A DNA stretch of 64,000 nucleotides, taken from positions 192,001 to 256,000 of the forward strand of contig CAWEMM010000006.1 of NCBI GenBank assembly GCA_963810095.1, written 5' to 3'. Positions 10,227-22,109 of the stretch are shown one piece after another. Position 1 is the stretch's first letter; every line of letters begins with the position of its first letter. A program made the translations under genes and the position numbers. The stretch is from an uncultured Chloroflexia bacterium (GTDB lineage: Bacteria; Chloroflexota; Anaerolineae; CG2-30-64-16). The notes below the pieces were generated by a model. That model was not told the DNA's origin, did not search any database, and saw nothing but the letters and a program-made list of their open reading frames with translations.

Positions 10227-11187
10227 TGACGCAGACCGGACACGCTTTGCCTGATCCTGCCGCTCCACGCACCGAACACGCCTACTGGCCCTATCTTTAT
10301 GTCAATCTGGCAACGCTGATGTGGGCGGGGAACATGACGCTGGGCCGCGCGCTGCGCGGGCAGATCGGGCCGTTTGCGCTGACCGCGGCGCGTGTGCTCA
10401 TCGCCTCGGATCCTGCTCTTGCTCCTTTTCCGGCGGCTGCCGGCCGCGGAGCGGCGGGTGGGACAGGACGGCCCCCTGCTGATCGGCATGGCCCTCACCG
10501 GCATCGTCGGCTTCCCCATCCTGCTCTACTACGCGCTGCGCTTCACCACCGCCACCAATGCTGCGCTGATCAACGGCACGGGCCCGCTGGTCACCGCGGC
10601 GCTGGCCGCCGTCTTGCTGCACGAACGCCTGCGCCCCGCACAGCTTGCCGGTGCGGCCCTGTCGCTCTCCGGCGTCGCACTGGTGATTGGCGTGGGGGTA
10701 GGAGGGTTCGCGGGCGGGCTGAATCGCGGCGATGCGATCATGCTGCTCGACGCCGCGATCTGGGCGCTGTATTCGATCATGGGCCGAGTGGTGATGCGGG
10801 GGCGCAGCAACCTGTCGGCGACCGCCTTTGCCACCTGGTTCGCGCTGCCGCCGCTGCTGGTGGCCGCTGCCTTCGAATGGCGCACCGCGCCACCCGACCT
10901 GACACCGGCCGGTGTGCTCGGCGTGCTGTATATCGGCGTGTTTGCCGCGTTCGTAGCCGTCATCCTGTGGAACGAAGGCGTGCGGCGCACGGGTCCGACG
11001 GGCGCGATGGCGTTCTACAATATGCTGCCCGTGTTCGGCGCGCTGCTCGGCGCGCTTGTTCCTGGGCGAGCGCCTGGCGCCCCTGCAAGTGGCCGGCGCC
11101 GGCCTCGTCGTGCTTGGAGGATTGATCAGCGCCCTATGGAAGACTTCTCTCTCACCGAGACGCGTGCCAGGCGTTTCGCCGCGCTAG
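10223..11187 (+). CDS. EamA/DMT family transporter (frameshifts near 10410 and 11057)
   Basis: [27 protein letters not shown]; about 10 hydrophobic segments. Confidence 0.82.
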
Positions 11188-12185
11188 CCCTCAACTTGCA
11201 TCGGCCGCGAGTATCCCTACCACCCGGCGCACACCATCAATGGCCCAGCCGACGTCCGCCGGCCCCGTGAAATGCACCCCGCCTTCTACGGCTGCTTCGA
11301 CTGGCACTCGGCGGTGCATGGCCATTGGCTGCTGGTGCGGGTGCTGCGGCAGCGCCCCGGCGTCGCCAACGCCCGAGATATCCGGGCAGCGCTGAACGAT
11401 CACCTCTCGGAAGAGAACCTGGCCGCCGAACTGGCCTACTTCGAGGAGCCGGGCCGGCAGGGGTTCGAGCGGACGTACGGGTGGGCCTGGCTGCTCAAGC
11501 TGGCGGAGGAGCTGGCGGGGTGGGAGGATGCGGACGGCCGCGGCCTGGTCCGCCGCACTGGAGCCGCTGGCCGAGCTCATCGAGCGGCGTTATCTCGACT
11601 TCCTGCCGCGCCAGGTATACCCCATCCGCACGGGCGTCCACCCGAACACCGCCTTCGGCCTGACGTTCGCGCTGGACTACGCCCGGGCGCTGGGACGTTA
11701 CGAACTGGCGTCATTGGTCGAGGCCCGCAGCCGCGACTACTACGGCGGCGACGCAAGTGCGCCGGCCGGGTGGGAGCCGGGCGGGAACGAGTTCTTCTCG
11801 CCGTCGCTGATGGAAGCCGACCTCATGCGCCGGGTGCTGGCGGCCGGGGAGTATCAGCCGCTGGCTCGACCGCTTCTTGCCCAACCTGCGTGCAGAACGG
11901 CCGCGGGCGCTCCTCGAACCCGCGGCGGTCACCGACCGCTCTGACGGACAGCTGGTGCACCTCGACGGGTTGAACCTGAGCCGAGCCTGGTGCATGTGGT
12001 CGATTGCGACCGTCCTTCCAGCGGGTGATGCGCGACGGACAATCCTTGCGGCGGCGGCCGAGAGGCATGCAACAGCCGGCCTGGCGGGGGTCGACAGCGG
12101 GGAGTACATGGGTGACCATTGGCTGGCGACGTTTGCGGTCGCCATGCTGGATGCAGCGGACCAATTCGTGCGAACAGGGGAGTGA
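11136..12185 (+). CDS. DUF2891-family protein (several frameshifts)
   Basis: HPAFYGCFDWHSAVHGHW, FERTYGWAWLL, PIRTGVHPNTAF, HLDGLNLSRAW, YMGDHWLATFA. Confidence 0.8.
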
Positions 12186-12190
12186 AGACC

Positions 12191-12943
12191 ATGACACCGA
12201 CCTTCAAACAGCGACTTCAGGCGGGGGAGACCGTGGTTGGCCCGATCCTCGCCCTGCCCTGCCCCGACGTGGCCGACCTGCTCTCGCGCGTCGGGTTCGA
12301 CTATCTGTGGATCGACCTGGAGCACTCGCCGATGGACGTCGGCGACGCCCAGATGCTGATCCAGGCCGCGGGCGACCGCTGCCCGTGCATCATTCGAGTG
12401 CCGGAAGTCAGCGAGGCGTGGATCAAGAAGGCGCTCGACACCGGGTGCGACGGGATCGTGATCCCGCAGATTCGGTCGGCGGCTGAGGCCCGAGCGGCGG
12501 TGGCCTGGTGCCAGTATCCTCCGGCGGGCAGGCGGGGCGCGGCTTTCACCCGGGCGCACGGGTTCGGGCTCAGCTTCGCAGAGTACGTGGACCGGGCGAA
12601 CACGGATGTGGCAATCATCCTGCAGGTCGAGCACATCGACGCGGTCGACGACATCGACGCGCTGCTGCTGACGCCGGGCGTTGCGGCACTGTTCGTCGGG
12701 CCATTTGATCTTTCGGGCAGCATGGGGCTGTTGGGCCAGGTCGGGCACACGGACGTGCAGGCGGCAATCGACCGGGTCGTGCGCGCGGGGCGGGCCGCGG
12801 GAATGCCCTTGGGGTTGTTTGTTGCCGACCCGGCGGCCGCGCCCGCGGCTGTCGGACGGGGATTCAACATGATCGCGGTGGGCACGGACATGTCCTACCT
12901 GCTGAACGCGGGCCGGGCAGCCCTGGAAGCCGCCCGCGGGTAG
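12191..12943 (+). CDS. HpcH/HpaI-family class II pyruvate aldolase
   Basis: FDYLWIDLEHSP, LDTGCDGIVIP, YPPAGRRG, LFVGPFDLS. Confidence 0.88.
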   Translation: MTPTFKQRLQAGETVVGPILALPCPDVADLLSRVGFDYLWIDLEHSPMDVGDAQMLIQAAGDRCPCIIRVPEVSEAWIKKALDTGCDGIVIPQIRSAAEARAAVAWCQYPPAGRRGAAFTRAHGFGLSFAEYVDRANTDVAIILQVEHIDAVDDIDALLLTPGVAALFVGPFDLSGSMGLLGQVGHTDVQAAIDRVVRAGRAAGMPLGLFVADPAAAPAAVGRGFNMIAVGTDMSYLLNAGRAALEAARG

Positions 12944-13018
12944 GAAGGGGAAAGGCGACAGCAGCGAAACGCGGAAATCCAAAACGCGCAACACACGAAA
13001 GTCGTTAAGGAAAGCGCC

Positions 13019-14014
13019 ATGTCAAGACCCAACGTCTTCATCACCCGCATCATCCCCGACAAGGGGCTCGACCTGATCCGGGAGTTCTGCGAGGTCGATC
13101 TGTGGACAGACGAACTGCCGCCCACGCGCGCGACCTTGCTCGAACGCGTCGCCGGCATCAACGGCCTGCTGAGCCTGCTGACCGACCGCATCGACGGCGA
13201 AATCATGGACGCGGCCGGCCCGCAGCTGAAGGTGATCTCGAACCATGCGGTCGGGTTTGATAACGTCGACGTGCCGGCAGCGACGGCCCGGGGCATCCCC
13301 GTTGGCAACACGCCCGGCATCCTGACCGACGCGACGGCGGACTTCGCCTTTGCCCTGCTCATGACAGCCGCACGTCGAGTCGTCGAGAGCGAGCGCTACG
13401 TGCGCGACGGCAAATGGAAGACCTGGGGGCCGTCGCTGCTGCTGGGGCAGGACATTCACGGCGCGACCCTGGGCCTGATCGGTTTCGGCAGGATCGGGCA
13501 GGCGATGGCGAAACGGGCGCAGGGATTCGACATGCGGGTGCTCTACTACGATCCGTCAAGCCCCGTCACCCATCCCGCGCTGCACGCGACGCCGGCCGGC
13601 CTGGAGACCTTGCTGGCCGAGAGTGACTTCGTCTCCATCCACACGCCGCTGACGCCCGAGACGCGCGGGCTAATGAACCGGGAGCGATTCGGCCTGATGA
13701 AGCCTACGGCGGTGCTTATCAACACGGCCCGCGGGCCGGTCGTCGACCCCGCCGCCCTGTACGATGCGCTCTCGGCCGGCCGCATCTTCGCGGCCGCGCT
13801 GGACGTGACGGACCCCGAACCGATCCCGTTCGACAGCCCGCTGCTGGCGCTCGACAACCTGGTGGTCGTCCCCCACATCGCCAGCGCCAGCGTGGCGACC
13901 CGGCAGAAGATGTCGCTGATGGCCGCGCAAAATCTGATCGCAGGGTTGCAGGGCGAGCGGCTGCCGAACTGCGTAAACCCGGAAGTGTATTCAGCACTGG
14001 CTTCGGCCACCTAA
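13019..14014 (+). CDS. gyaR: D-glycerate dehydrogenase / glyoxylate reductase
   Basis: AVGFDNVD, GLIGFGRIG, INTARG, ALDVTDPEP, PHIASAS. Confidence 0.88.
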   Translation: MSRPNVFITRIIPDKGLDLIREFCEVDLWTDELPPTRATLLERVAGINGLLSLLTDRIDGEIMDAAGPQLKVISNHAVGFDNVDVPAATARGIPVGNTPGILTDATADFAFALLMTAARRVVESERYVRDGKWKTWGPSLLLGQDIHGATLGLIGFGRIGQAMAKRAQGFDMRVLYYDPSSPVTHPALHATPAGLETLLAESDFVSIHTPLTPETRGLMNRERFGLMKPTAVLINTARGPVVDPAALYDALSAGRIFAAALDVTDPEPIPFDSPLLALDNLVVVPHIASASVATRQKMSLMAAQNLIAGLQGERLPNCVNPEVYSALASAT

Positions 14015-14098
14015 CCACAAAGGCTCCAAGGCACGAAGGTGCACCAAGGCTTGCAGGAGACTCGCGCAGGCTCCGTGTCTTTGTGACTTTGTGGTTAG
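14011..14098. repeat. CACAAAGR-type inverted-repeat element; contains the gyaR TAA
   Basis: CTAACCACAAAGG ... CTTTGTGGTTAG. Confidence 0.8.
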
Positions 14099-14129
14099 CA
14101 CCGCCCGGCCTTCGCGCGGTTTTCCGCAT

Positions 14130-14159
14130 TTGACAACCTTCTGTACTCTATGTTAGAGT
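14130..14159 (+). promoter_or_regulatory. Promoter of the ilv-leu operon
   Basis: TTGACA (14130-14135), 18 bp, TG-n-TAGAGT extended -10. Confidence 0.6.
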
Positions 14160-14169
14160 GCCGCCCGTC

Positions 14170-14253
14170 ATGAAGAACACCGGCCTGGTCCTCGTCCTTA
14201 TTAGCAAGCTCCTCGTTCTTGAGGAGCTAGTTCCACTTGGGAGGACCTGCTAA
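14170..14253 (+). CDS. ilv/leu operon leader peptide MKNTGLVLVLISKLLVLEELVPLGRTC (27 aa)
   Basis: Translated by hand: 8 Leu, 4 Val, 1 Ile; lies just upstream of a terminator and ilvB. Confidence 0.85.
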   Translation: MKNTGLVLVLISKLLVLEELVPLGRTC

Positions 14254-14288
14254 GGCCGAACTGAGCCAAAGTAGACCCTGAAAGCCGC

Positions 14289-14323
14289 AGAGGGCCTCCC
14301 AGACCGGGAGGCCCTCTTTAATT
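14289..14323 (+). terminator. Attenuator terminator
   Basis: Perfect 12-bp stem AGAGGGCCTCCC-agacc-GGGAGGCCCTCT followed by TTAATT. Confidence 0.85.
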
Positions 14324-14380
14324 CCTGCCACCGCCGGCACCCTCAAGGCACTGACGCCCCCGCCGCAACGATGCTGTTGA

Positions 14381-14468
14381 CTAACCACAAAAAAACTAAG
14401 ACACAAAGGGGCACGAAGCCTACGGGTCGACTTTGTGGACCTTCGAGTCTTTGAGCCTTCGTGGTTAG
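14381..14468. repeat. CACAAAGR-type inverted-repeat element in the ilvB leader
   Basis: CTAACCACAA ... ACACAAAGGGGCACGAAG ... CTTCGTGGTTAG. Confidence 0.75.
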
Positions 14469-14507
14469 CGTCTGTACCCCCTACGGCACTATTTTGGAGG
14501 TTTTACC

Positions 14508-16217
14508 ATGCAACGCACCGGCGCTCAGATCATCTGGGAAAGTTTCATGCGGGAAGGCGTCGACGTCGTCTTCGGCTATCCGGGCGGCGCGATCATGCCG
14601 GCCTACGATGCCCTGCTCGACTACCCTGTGCACCACGTCCTCGTCCGGCATGAGGAGAACGCAGCGTTTGCGGCCGACGGCTATCCGCGAGCGTCGGGCC
14701 GGGTCGGCGTGTGCATGGCCACATCCGGGCCGGGCGCGACGAACCTGATCACCGGGCTGGCCGGCGCCATGATGGACTCGATCCCCGTCGTCGCCGTCAC
14801 CGGGCAGGTCGCTTCCCCCTTCGTCGGCACGGACGCGTTCCAGGAGACCGATGTCACCGGCGTCACGCTCCCCATCACCAAGCACAACTACCTGATCAAG
14901 GACGTGGCCGACCTGCCCCTGGCCATGAAGGAAGCCTTCCACATTGCCCGCTCGGGCCGGCCCGGCCCCGTGCTGGTGGACGTGTGCAAAGACGTGCAGT
15001 TCAAATCGACCGAGTTCGACTACGATGCCATCCACCTGCGTCTGCCGGGCTACCGGCCCCACTTGCGCGGCCGCGCAGAGCAGGTGCGCAGGGCCGCTGC
15101 TTTCATCAACGCCTCGCAACGTCCCGTCATCCTCGCCGGCCACGGCATCATCCTCTCGGGCGCACACGACGAGCTCCGCACCCTGGCGGAAAAGGGCCAA
15201 ATTCCAGTCTCCACCACGCTGTTGGGTATCGGCGCCATGCCGGAATCGCACCCGCTAAACCTGCGCATGATGGGCATGCATGGCGAGGCGTTCGTCAACC
15301 AGGCAATCCACAATGCCGACTTAATCATTGCGCTCGGCATGCGCTTCGACGACCGTGTGACCGGCAACCTGGCAACCTACGCGCAGAACGCGAACGTCAT
15401 TCACGTCGACATCGATCCGGCGGAGATCGGCAAGAATGTCACGACCGACGTGGGCATCGCCGGCGACGTGCGCCAGGTGCTCCAGCAGTTGCTGCCCCTG
15501 GTCGAGACTAGCGACCGGAGCGGCTGGTTCAACCAGATCGAAGAGTGGCGCGTCGACTCTGCAGCGCGCGACATCCTGTCGAACGGGCACGATAAGGCCC
15601 CACACGTGCCCTACGTCGTGGACGCAATCCACAAGGCGACCCGCGGCGTGCACGCGACCATCGTAACCGACGTGGGGCAGCACCAGATGTGGACCGCGCA
15701 GTATTACCGGCACGACAACCCTAACCGGTTCCTGACATCCGGCGGCCTGGGCGCGATGGGCTACGGCCTCCCCGCAGCCATCGGCGCCAAGTTTGCCAGG
15801 CCGGAAGACGAGGTGTGGGCAGTCGTCGGGGATGGCGGCTTCCAGATGAGCATCCCGGAACTGGCGACTCTGGCGCAGGAAGGGCTGGGCGTGAAGATCG
15901 CGATCATGCGCAACGGCTATCTCGGCATGGTGCGCCAGTGGCAGGAACTGATCCACGGCAAGCGCTATTCGGAGGTCCAGATCAAAGCGCCCGACTTCCT
16001 GAAGCTGGCGGACGCCTACGGTATTGTCGGGATGCGGGCCACCAAGCGCTCAGAGGTCCACGACGTCATCGCCGAAGCCCGCTCCTTCGACGGGCCGGTG
16101 CTGATGGATTTCGTCGTAGAGCAGGAAGAAAACGTGTACCCGATGGTCGCACCGGGCAAATCGTTGAACGATATGCTGCGCCGGCCGATGAACGAGCGCA
16201 TTGCGGCGGGATACTAA
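14508..16217 (+). CDS. ilvB: Acetolactate synthase large subunit
   Basis: FGYPGGAI, RHE, TSGPGATN, DVGQHQMW, SGGLGAMG, GDGGFQM; GGAGG RBS. Confidence 0.96.
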   Translation: MQRTGAQIIWESFMREGVDVVFGYPGGAIMPAYDALLDYPVHHVLVRHEENAAFAADGYPRASGRVGVCMATSGPGATNLITGLAGAMMDSIPVVAVTGQVASPFVGTDAFQETDVTGVTLPITKHNYLIKDVADLPLAMKEAFHIARSGRPGPVLVDVCKDVQFKSTEFDYDAIHLRLPGYRPHLRGRAEQVRRAAAFINASQRPVILAGHGIILSGAHDELRTLAEKGQIPVSTTLLGIGAMPESHPLNLRMMGMHGEAFVNQAIHNADLIIALGMRFDDRVTGNLATYAQNANVIHVDIDPAEIGKNVTTDVGIAGDVRQVLQQLLPLVETSDRSGWFNQIEEWRVDSAARDILSNGHDKAPHVPYVVDAIHKATRGVHATIVTDVGQHQMWTAQYYRHDNPNRFLTSGGLGAMGYGLPAAIGAKFARPEDEVWAVVGDGGFQMSIPELATLAQEGLGVKIAIMRNGYLGMVRQWQELIHGKRYSEVQIKAPDFLKLADAYGIVGMRATKRSEVHDVIAEARSFDGPVLMDFVVEQEENVYPMVAPGKSLNDMLRRPMNERIAAGY

Positions 16218-16277
16218 CCACAAAGACACAAAGACGCGAAGCCTCGACGTGATGGTGCCTTTCTGTCTTTGTGTTGA
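16214..16277. repeat. CACAAAGR-type element; contains the ilvB TAA
   Basis: CTAACCACAAAGACACAAAG ... GTCTTTGTGTTGA. Confidence 0.8.
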
Positions 16278-16298
16278 GGCGTTGCTACTGGAGGATTT

Positions 16299-16934
16299 AT
16301 GCCTTATATCGACCGAACCACGGGCCACCAGGCGCCGCACGTACTCGTGGCGCTGGTGGAGAACAAACCGGGCGTGCTGACCCGGGTGGCCAGCCTGTTC
16401 CGCCGCCGCGGCTTCAACATCGAGAGCCTGACCGTCGGCCACACAGACTCACCTGAGATCTCGCGCATGACGATTGTCGTCGACGCCAACAAGACGGACG
16501 CGACGATGGTCGAGCACAACCTGTTCAAGCTGGTCAACGTGATTGACGTGCAGGACGTGACCCGCCAGCCCGCGGTGCTGCGCGACCTGGCGCTGATCAA
16601 GGTCCGGGTGAACCAGCAGTCGCGCTTCGAGATCGTCCAGTTGGCCGACATCTACCGGGCGAAGGTGGTCGACGTCTGCTCGGATTCGATGATCCTGGAA
16701 GTGACAGGCCCCGAGGCCAAGATCGACTCCATCGCAGATATGCTGCAGCCGTACGGGGTCATCGAAATGGTGCGCACGGGGCTGGTGGCCATGGTGCGCG
16801 GCTCCGGGCATTTCACAGGCTTTGCGCCCGAACATTCAACCGGCGAAGAGGGCGAGAGCGAAGCCGAGTTGGCATACGCCGAGGCAGGCCCCCTGGACGA
16901 CGATGCGCCGCTATCAAGACGGCTGGGCATGTAG
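16299..16934 (+). CDS. ilvN: Acetolactate synthase small subunit
   Basis: [27 protein letters not shown]; EMVRTG; acidic C-terminal extension. Confidence 0.95.
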   Translation: MPYIDRTTGHQAPHVLVALVENKPGVLTRVASLFRRRGFNIESLTVGHTDSPEISRMTIVVDANKTDATMVEHNLFKLVNVIDVQDVTRQPAVLRDLALIKVRVNQQSRFEIVQLADIYRAKVVDVCSDSMILEVTGPEAKIDSIADMLQPYGVIEMVRTGLVAMVRGSGHFTGFAPEHSTGEEGESEAELAYAEAGPLDDDAPLSRRLGM

Positions 16935-16939
16935 GATTT

Positions 16940-17000
16940 GTAGCCGCGAGCTTCAGCTCGCCATCGCATGCAGCTATGCGCAAGCTGAAGCTCGCGCTAC
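16940..17000. repeat. GTAG-family REP-like palindrome pair
   Basis: GTAGCCGCGAGCTTCAGCTCGC ... GCAAGCTGAAGCTCGCGCTAC. Confidence 0.7.
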
Positions 17001-17023
17001 CAACTCTCATCAGGAGCTTATTC

Positions 17024-18046
17024 GTGGCAAACATTTATTATGACAAGGATGCGGACCTCGGGCGGCTGAGCGGGAAGACCGTTGCCATCATCGGCTTCGG
17101 CAGCCAGGGGCATGCCCACGCGCAGAACCTGCACGACTCGGGCGTGAATGTGGTCGTCGGGCTGTACTCGGGGAGCAAGTCGTGGGCCAAGGTGGAGGCG
17201 GCCGGGCTGACGCCGATGACGGTTGCGGAGGCTACCCGCGCAGCCGACGTCATCATGGTCCTCACACCCGACGTCGGCCAAGGCAAGCTCTACCGGGAAG
17301 AGATCGCGCCGAACCTCTCCGCAGGCAAAACGCTCATGTTCGCGCACGGGTTCGGCATCCGTTTCGGCCAGGTCGTGCCCCCGGCCGACGTCGACGTGAG
17401 CATGATTGCGCCCAAGGGCCCGGGGCACCGGGTTCGCGAAACGTACGTGGCGGGCCAGGGTGTGCCTGCGCTGTTGGCGGTCTACCAGGATGCGAGCGGG
17501 AACGCGAAGGCCAACGCGCTGGCCTATGCCAGTGGCATCGGCGCAGGGCGCTCGGGCGTCCTGGAAACCACTTTTGCCGAGGAAACCGAGACGGATCTCT
17601 TCGGCGAGCAGGCCGTGCTGTGCGGCGGTATCTCGAACCTGATGAAGGCGGGGTTCGAGACGCTCGTCGAGGCGGGCTATCAGCCCGAAATCGCCTATTT
17701 CGAGTGCATCCACGAGATGAAGCTCATCGTCGACCTGATCTACCAGGGCGGACTCTCGTACATGCGCTACTCCGTGAGCGATACGGCAGAGCACGGCGAC
17801 TACCGCTCGGGCCCACGCGTCGTGACCGACGAGACACGCGCCGAGATGCGCAAAATCCTGTCCGAAATCCAAACGGGGCAGTATGCGGAAGAGTGGATGG
17901 ACGAGAACGCCTCCGGCCGGCCGGTCTTCAACAAGATCCGAGCCGACGAGATGGACAGCCAGGTCGAGCAGGTCGGTCGCAACTTGCGCCGGATGATGCC
18001 CTGGTTGAACCCGAAGGAAGTCAAGCCCGGTGAGGGCGGCGCGTAA
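17024..18046 (+). CDS. ilvC: Ketol-acid reductoisomerase
   Basis: [34 protein letters not shown]; GTG start after AGGAG. Confidence 0.96.
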   Translation: MANIYYDKDADLGRLSGKTVAIIGFGSQGHAHAQNLHDSGVNVVVGLYSGSKSWAKVEAAGLTPMTVAEATRAADVIMVLTPDVGQGKLYREEIAPNLSAGKTLMFAHGFGIRFGQVVPPADVDVSMIAPKGPGHRVRETYVAGQGVPALLAVYQDASGNAKANALAYASGIGAGRSGVLETTFAEETETDLFGEQAVLCGGISNLMKAGFETLVEAGYQPEIAYFECIHEMKLIVDLIYQGGLSYMRYSVSDTAEHGDYRSGPRVVTDETRAEMRKILSEIQTGQYAEEWMDENASGRPVFNKIRADEMDSQVEQVGRNLRRMMPWLNPKEVKPGEGGA

Positions 18047-18050
18047 TAGG

Positions 18051-18131
18051 ACGCAGATTGAACTGGTCAAACTGATTCACCTGGTTTCTCGCAATAATCA
18101 TTAGGATCAGTTCAATCAGTTAAATCTGCGT
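18051..18131. repeat. ACGCAGAT/AACTGAT-type long inverted repeat
   Basis: ACGCAGATTGAACTGGTCAAACTGAT ... ATCAGTTCAATCAGTTAAATCTGCGT. Confidence 0.7.
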
Positions 18132-18150
18132 ACGGTTAGAAGGTGGCCTT

Positions 18151-19743
18151 ATGGATACTGTCCGGATTTTTGACACGACGCTGCGCGATGGAGAGCAGTC
18201 GCCTGGGGCGACGCTGAACATGGACGAGAAGCTCGAGATCGCGCGGCAGCTGGCGCGGATGGGCGTCGACATCATCGAAGCAGGCTTCCCCATCGCGTCG
18301 CCGGGCGATTTCGAAGCGGTGCGGCAGATTGCGGAGGAGATCGGTACGGCTGAGAATGCCCCCACGATCGCCGGGCTCGCCCGCGCCGCCCGTGTGGACA
18401 TCGACCGGGCGTGGGATGCCGTGCGGCCCGCCCGCAAGCCGCGCATCCACACCTTTCTGGCGACCTCCGACATTCACCTTGACCACAAGCTCCGCATCAC
18501 CCGTGAGGAGTGCGTTAAGCGGGTGGGCGAGATGGTGGCGTACGCGTGCAGCCTCTGCCCCGACGTCGAATTCTCTCCGGAGGACGCCGGGCGCTCCGAT
18601 CCCGAATTCCTGTACCAGGTGCTGGCGGTCGCAATCGAGGCCGGCGCCAAGACGCTCAATATCCCGGATACGGTGGGCTACACCACGCCGGCCGAGTTCG
18701 GCGGCCTAATCCGCGGCATACGGGAGAACGTGCGCGCCCCTTCGGGGCAAAGCGCCAAGGACGTGATTATCTCCGCGCACTGCCATAACGACCTGGGCCT
18801 GGCGACCGCGAACACGCTGGCCGCGATCCAGAACGGCGCGCGACAGATCGAGGTGACGATCAACGGCATCGGCGAGCGGGCAGGCAACACTTCGCTGGAA
18901 GAGGTCGTGATGGCGCTGCACACCCGGCCGAACGTCTACTGCGTCGGCACGAGCATCGACACCACGCAGATTGCCCGCATCAGCCGCCTGGTTAGCGCAT
19001 ACACCGGCATCCCCGTTCAGCCCAACAAGGCCATCGTCGGCGCAAACGCGTTCGCGCACGAGGCGGGCATTCACCAGGACGGGATGATGAAGAACCCGCT
19101 GACCTACGAGATCATGCGGCCGGAGACCATCGGTATCAGCGAAAGCCGTCTCGTGTTGGGCAAGCACAGCGGACGCCACGCCTTCCAGTCGAAGGTGATC
19201 GAACTGGGCTACGACCTGAACGCCGACCAGCTCAACCGAGTCTTCGAGCGCTTCAAGGATCTGTGCGACAAAAAGAAGGTCGTCTCCGATCCCGACATCG
19301 AGGCGGTGGTCAACGACGAAGTGTACCAGCCACAGGAGCTGTGGCGGCTGCAGCACGTGCAGATCTCGTGCGGCAGCGGCTTGCGGCCAACCGCGACGGT
19401 CAGCCTTAAGGGACCGGACGGGATGACGCGCGAGGATGCGGCCCTGGGGTCGGGCCCGGTCGATGCGGTGTACAAGGCCATCAACCGCATCACCCAGGTG
19501 CCGAACGTGCTGACCGAGTTCAGCATCAAGGCGGTCACCGAAGGGATCGACGCGGTCGGCGAGGTGACCATCCGCATCGAGCCAACCGGACCCGCGGGCG
19601 GGAATGGCAATGGGCACGACACGCCCAGCGGGCCACGCACCCGCACCTATAGCGGCCACGGCGCGGACACAGATATCCTGGTCGCCAGCGCGAAAGCGTA
19701 CGTCAGCGCGTTGAACAAGATGCTCACTGTCATGAAAGGATAA
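18151..19743 (+). CDS. leuA: 2-isopropylmalate synthase
   Basis: [39 protein letters not shown]; C-terminal regulatory domain. Confidence 0.96.
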   Translation: MDTVRIFDTTLRDGEQSPGATLNMDEKLEIARQLARMGVDIIEAGFPIASPGDFEAVRQIAEEIGTAENAPTIAGLARAARVDIDRAWDAVRPARKPRIHTFLATSDIHLDHKLRITREECVKRVGEMVAYACSLCPDVEFSPEDAGRSDPEFLYQVLAVAIEAGAKTLNIPDTVGYTTPAEFGGLIRGIRENVRAPSGQSAKDVIISAHCHNDLGLATANTLAAIQNGARQIEVTINGIGERAGNTSLEEVVMALHTRPNVYCVGTSIDTTQIARISRLVSAYTGIPVQPNKAIVGANAFAHEAGIHQDGMMKNPLTYEIMRPETIGISESRLVLGKHSGRHAFQSKVIELGYDLNADQLNRVFERFKDLCDKKKVVSDPDIEAVVNDEVYQPQELWRLQHVQISCGSGLRPTATVSLKGPDGMTREDAALGSGPVDAVYKAINRITQVPNVLTEFSIKAVTEGIDAVGEVTIRIEPTGPAGGNGNGHDTPSGPRTRTYSGHGADTDILVASAKAYVSALNKMLTVMKG

Positions 19744-19749
19744 GGGTCG

Positions 19750-19806
19750 TAGGGGCAAGGCATGGTGCGGAGCGCCTTCGGCGCTCCGCACCATGCCTTG
19801 CCCCTA
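19750..19806. repeat. Perfect 27-bp inverted repeat (GTAGGGGC REP-like)
   Basis: TAGGGGCAAGGCATGGTGCGGAGCGCC-ttc-GGCGCTCCGCACCATGCCTTGCCCCTA. Confidence 0.85.
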
Positions 19807-19823
19807 GCCGAGAAGGGATTCGT

Positions 19824-21225
<1,402 letters not shown>

Positions 21226-21819
21226 ATGGAACCGATCACCAAGTTTACGAGCAAGGTCATCCCGCTACACGCGGAAAACGTCGACACGGATCAGATCATC
21301 CCGGCACGCTTTCTGAAGACCACGAGCAAGGCAGGGTTGGGCGACAGCCTGTTCTGCGACTGGCGCTACGACGCCGACGGGCAATCCGAAGCCGGACTTC
21401 GTGCTGAACCGGTCGGAGATGAAGGGGCGAGCAGTACTGCTCGCCGGAGACAACTTCGGCTGCGGCAGTTCGCGCGAGCACGCGCCGTGGGCGCTCACCG
21501 GGTACGGGCTCCAGGCAATCATCAGCACGTCTTTCGCCGACATCTTCCGGAACAACGCGTCAAGAACGGGTTGCTGCCGGTGGTCGTGGACGCAGAGACG
21601 CATCGCCGCCTGTTCGAGCAACTTGCGGCGGACCCGCACGCAAGCCTCACCGTCGATCTGCACGCGCAGACGCTGACCCTGCCGGACGGAACCGTCGTTC
21701 ACTTTCCGATCGACGCCTTCAGCCGCACTTGCCTGCTGCAGGGCGTGGATGAGTTGGGCTATCTGCTCGGGCATGAGGCGAAGATCGCCGCGTATGAGGC
21801 CGTGCTGGAGCACGTATAG
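21226..21819 (+). CDS. leuD: 3-isopropylmalate dehydratase small subunit (two compensating indels near 21383 and 21558)
   Basis: [13 protein letters not shown]; [15 protein letters not shown] in the alternate frame 21401-21676; KNGLLP. Confidence 0.92.
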   Translation: MEPITKFTSKVIPLHAENVDTDQIIPARFLKTTSKAGLGDSLFCDWRYDADGQSEAGLRAEPVGDEGASSTARRRQLRLRQFARARAVGAHRVRAPGNHQHVFRRHLPEQRVKNGLLPVVVDAETHRRLFEQLAADPHASLTVDLHAQTLTLPDGTVVHFPIDAFSRTCLLQGVDELGYLLGHEAKIAAYEAVLEHV

Positions 21820-21921
21820 GGCGCAAGCCACAAGCGCGGGAGGTTTGAAGGGGAACGACGAAAGCAAAGAATCCGAACCCTCCCAAGCCGCCCGGAGAAA
21901 AATACACGCGAAGAGGACAAG

Positions 21922-22107
21922 ATGACCGCCACTTCAACTACCAGCACTAGCAAGGTCGACCAGAACGACCTTAACCCGTTGATGGACGTGTACAACCCCC
22001 TGCCGCCGCAGGCGGAGCAGCCGGCGCGCTTCTACTGGCAGGAACCCTGGCACGGCACAACCGGCGATGCCGGTGCGGCCGACGTCCAGGCCGCGTTCGA
22101 GAACTGA
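21922..22107 (+). CDS. 61-aa small ORF with Thr/Ser-rich N-terminus directly before cimA
   Basis: GAGG RBS; MTATSTTSTSK; stop 2 nt before the cimA ATG. Confidence 0.5.
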   Translation: MTATSTTSTSKVDQNDLNPLMDVYNPLPPQAEQPARFYWQEPWHGTTGDAGAADVQAAFEN

Positions 22108-22109
22108 TT

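Noticed and set aside
14130-14507. T-box riboswitch before ilvB
   Set aside because: No T-box consensus (GGTGGNACCGCG) is seen; the leader peptide explains the terminator.
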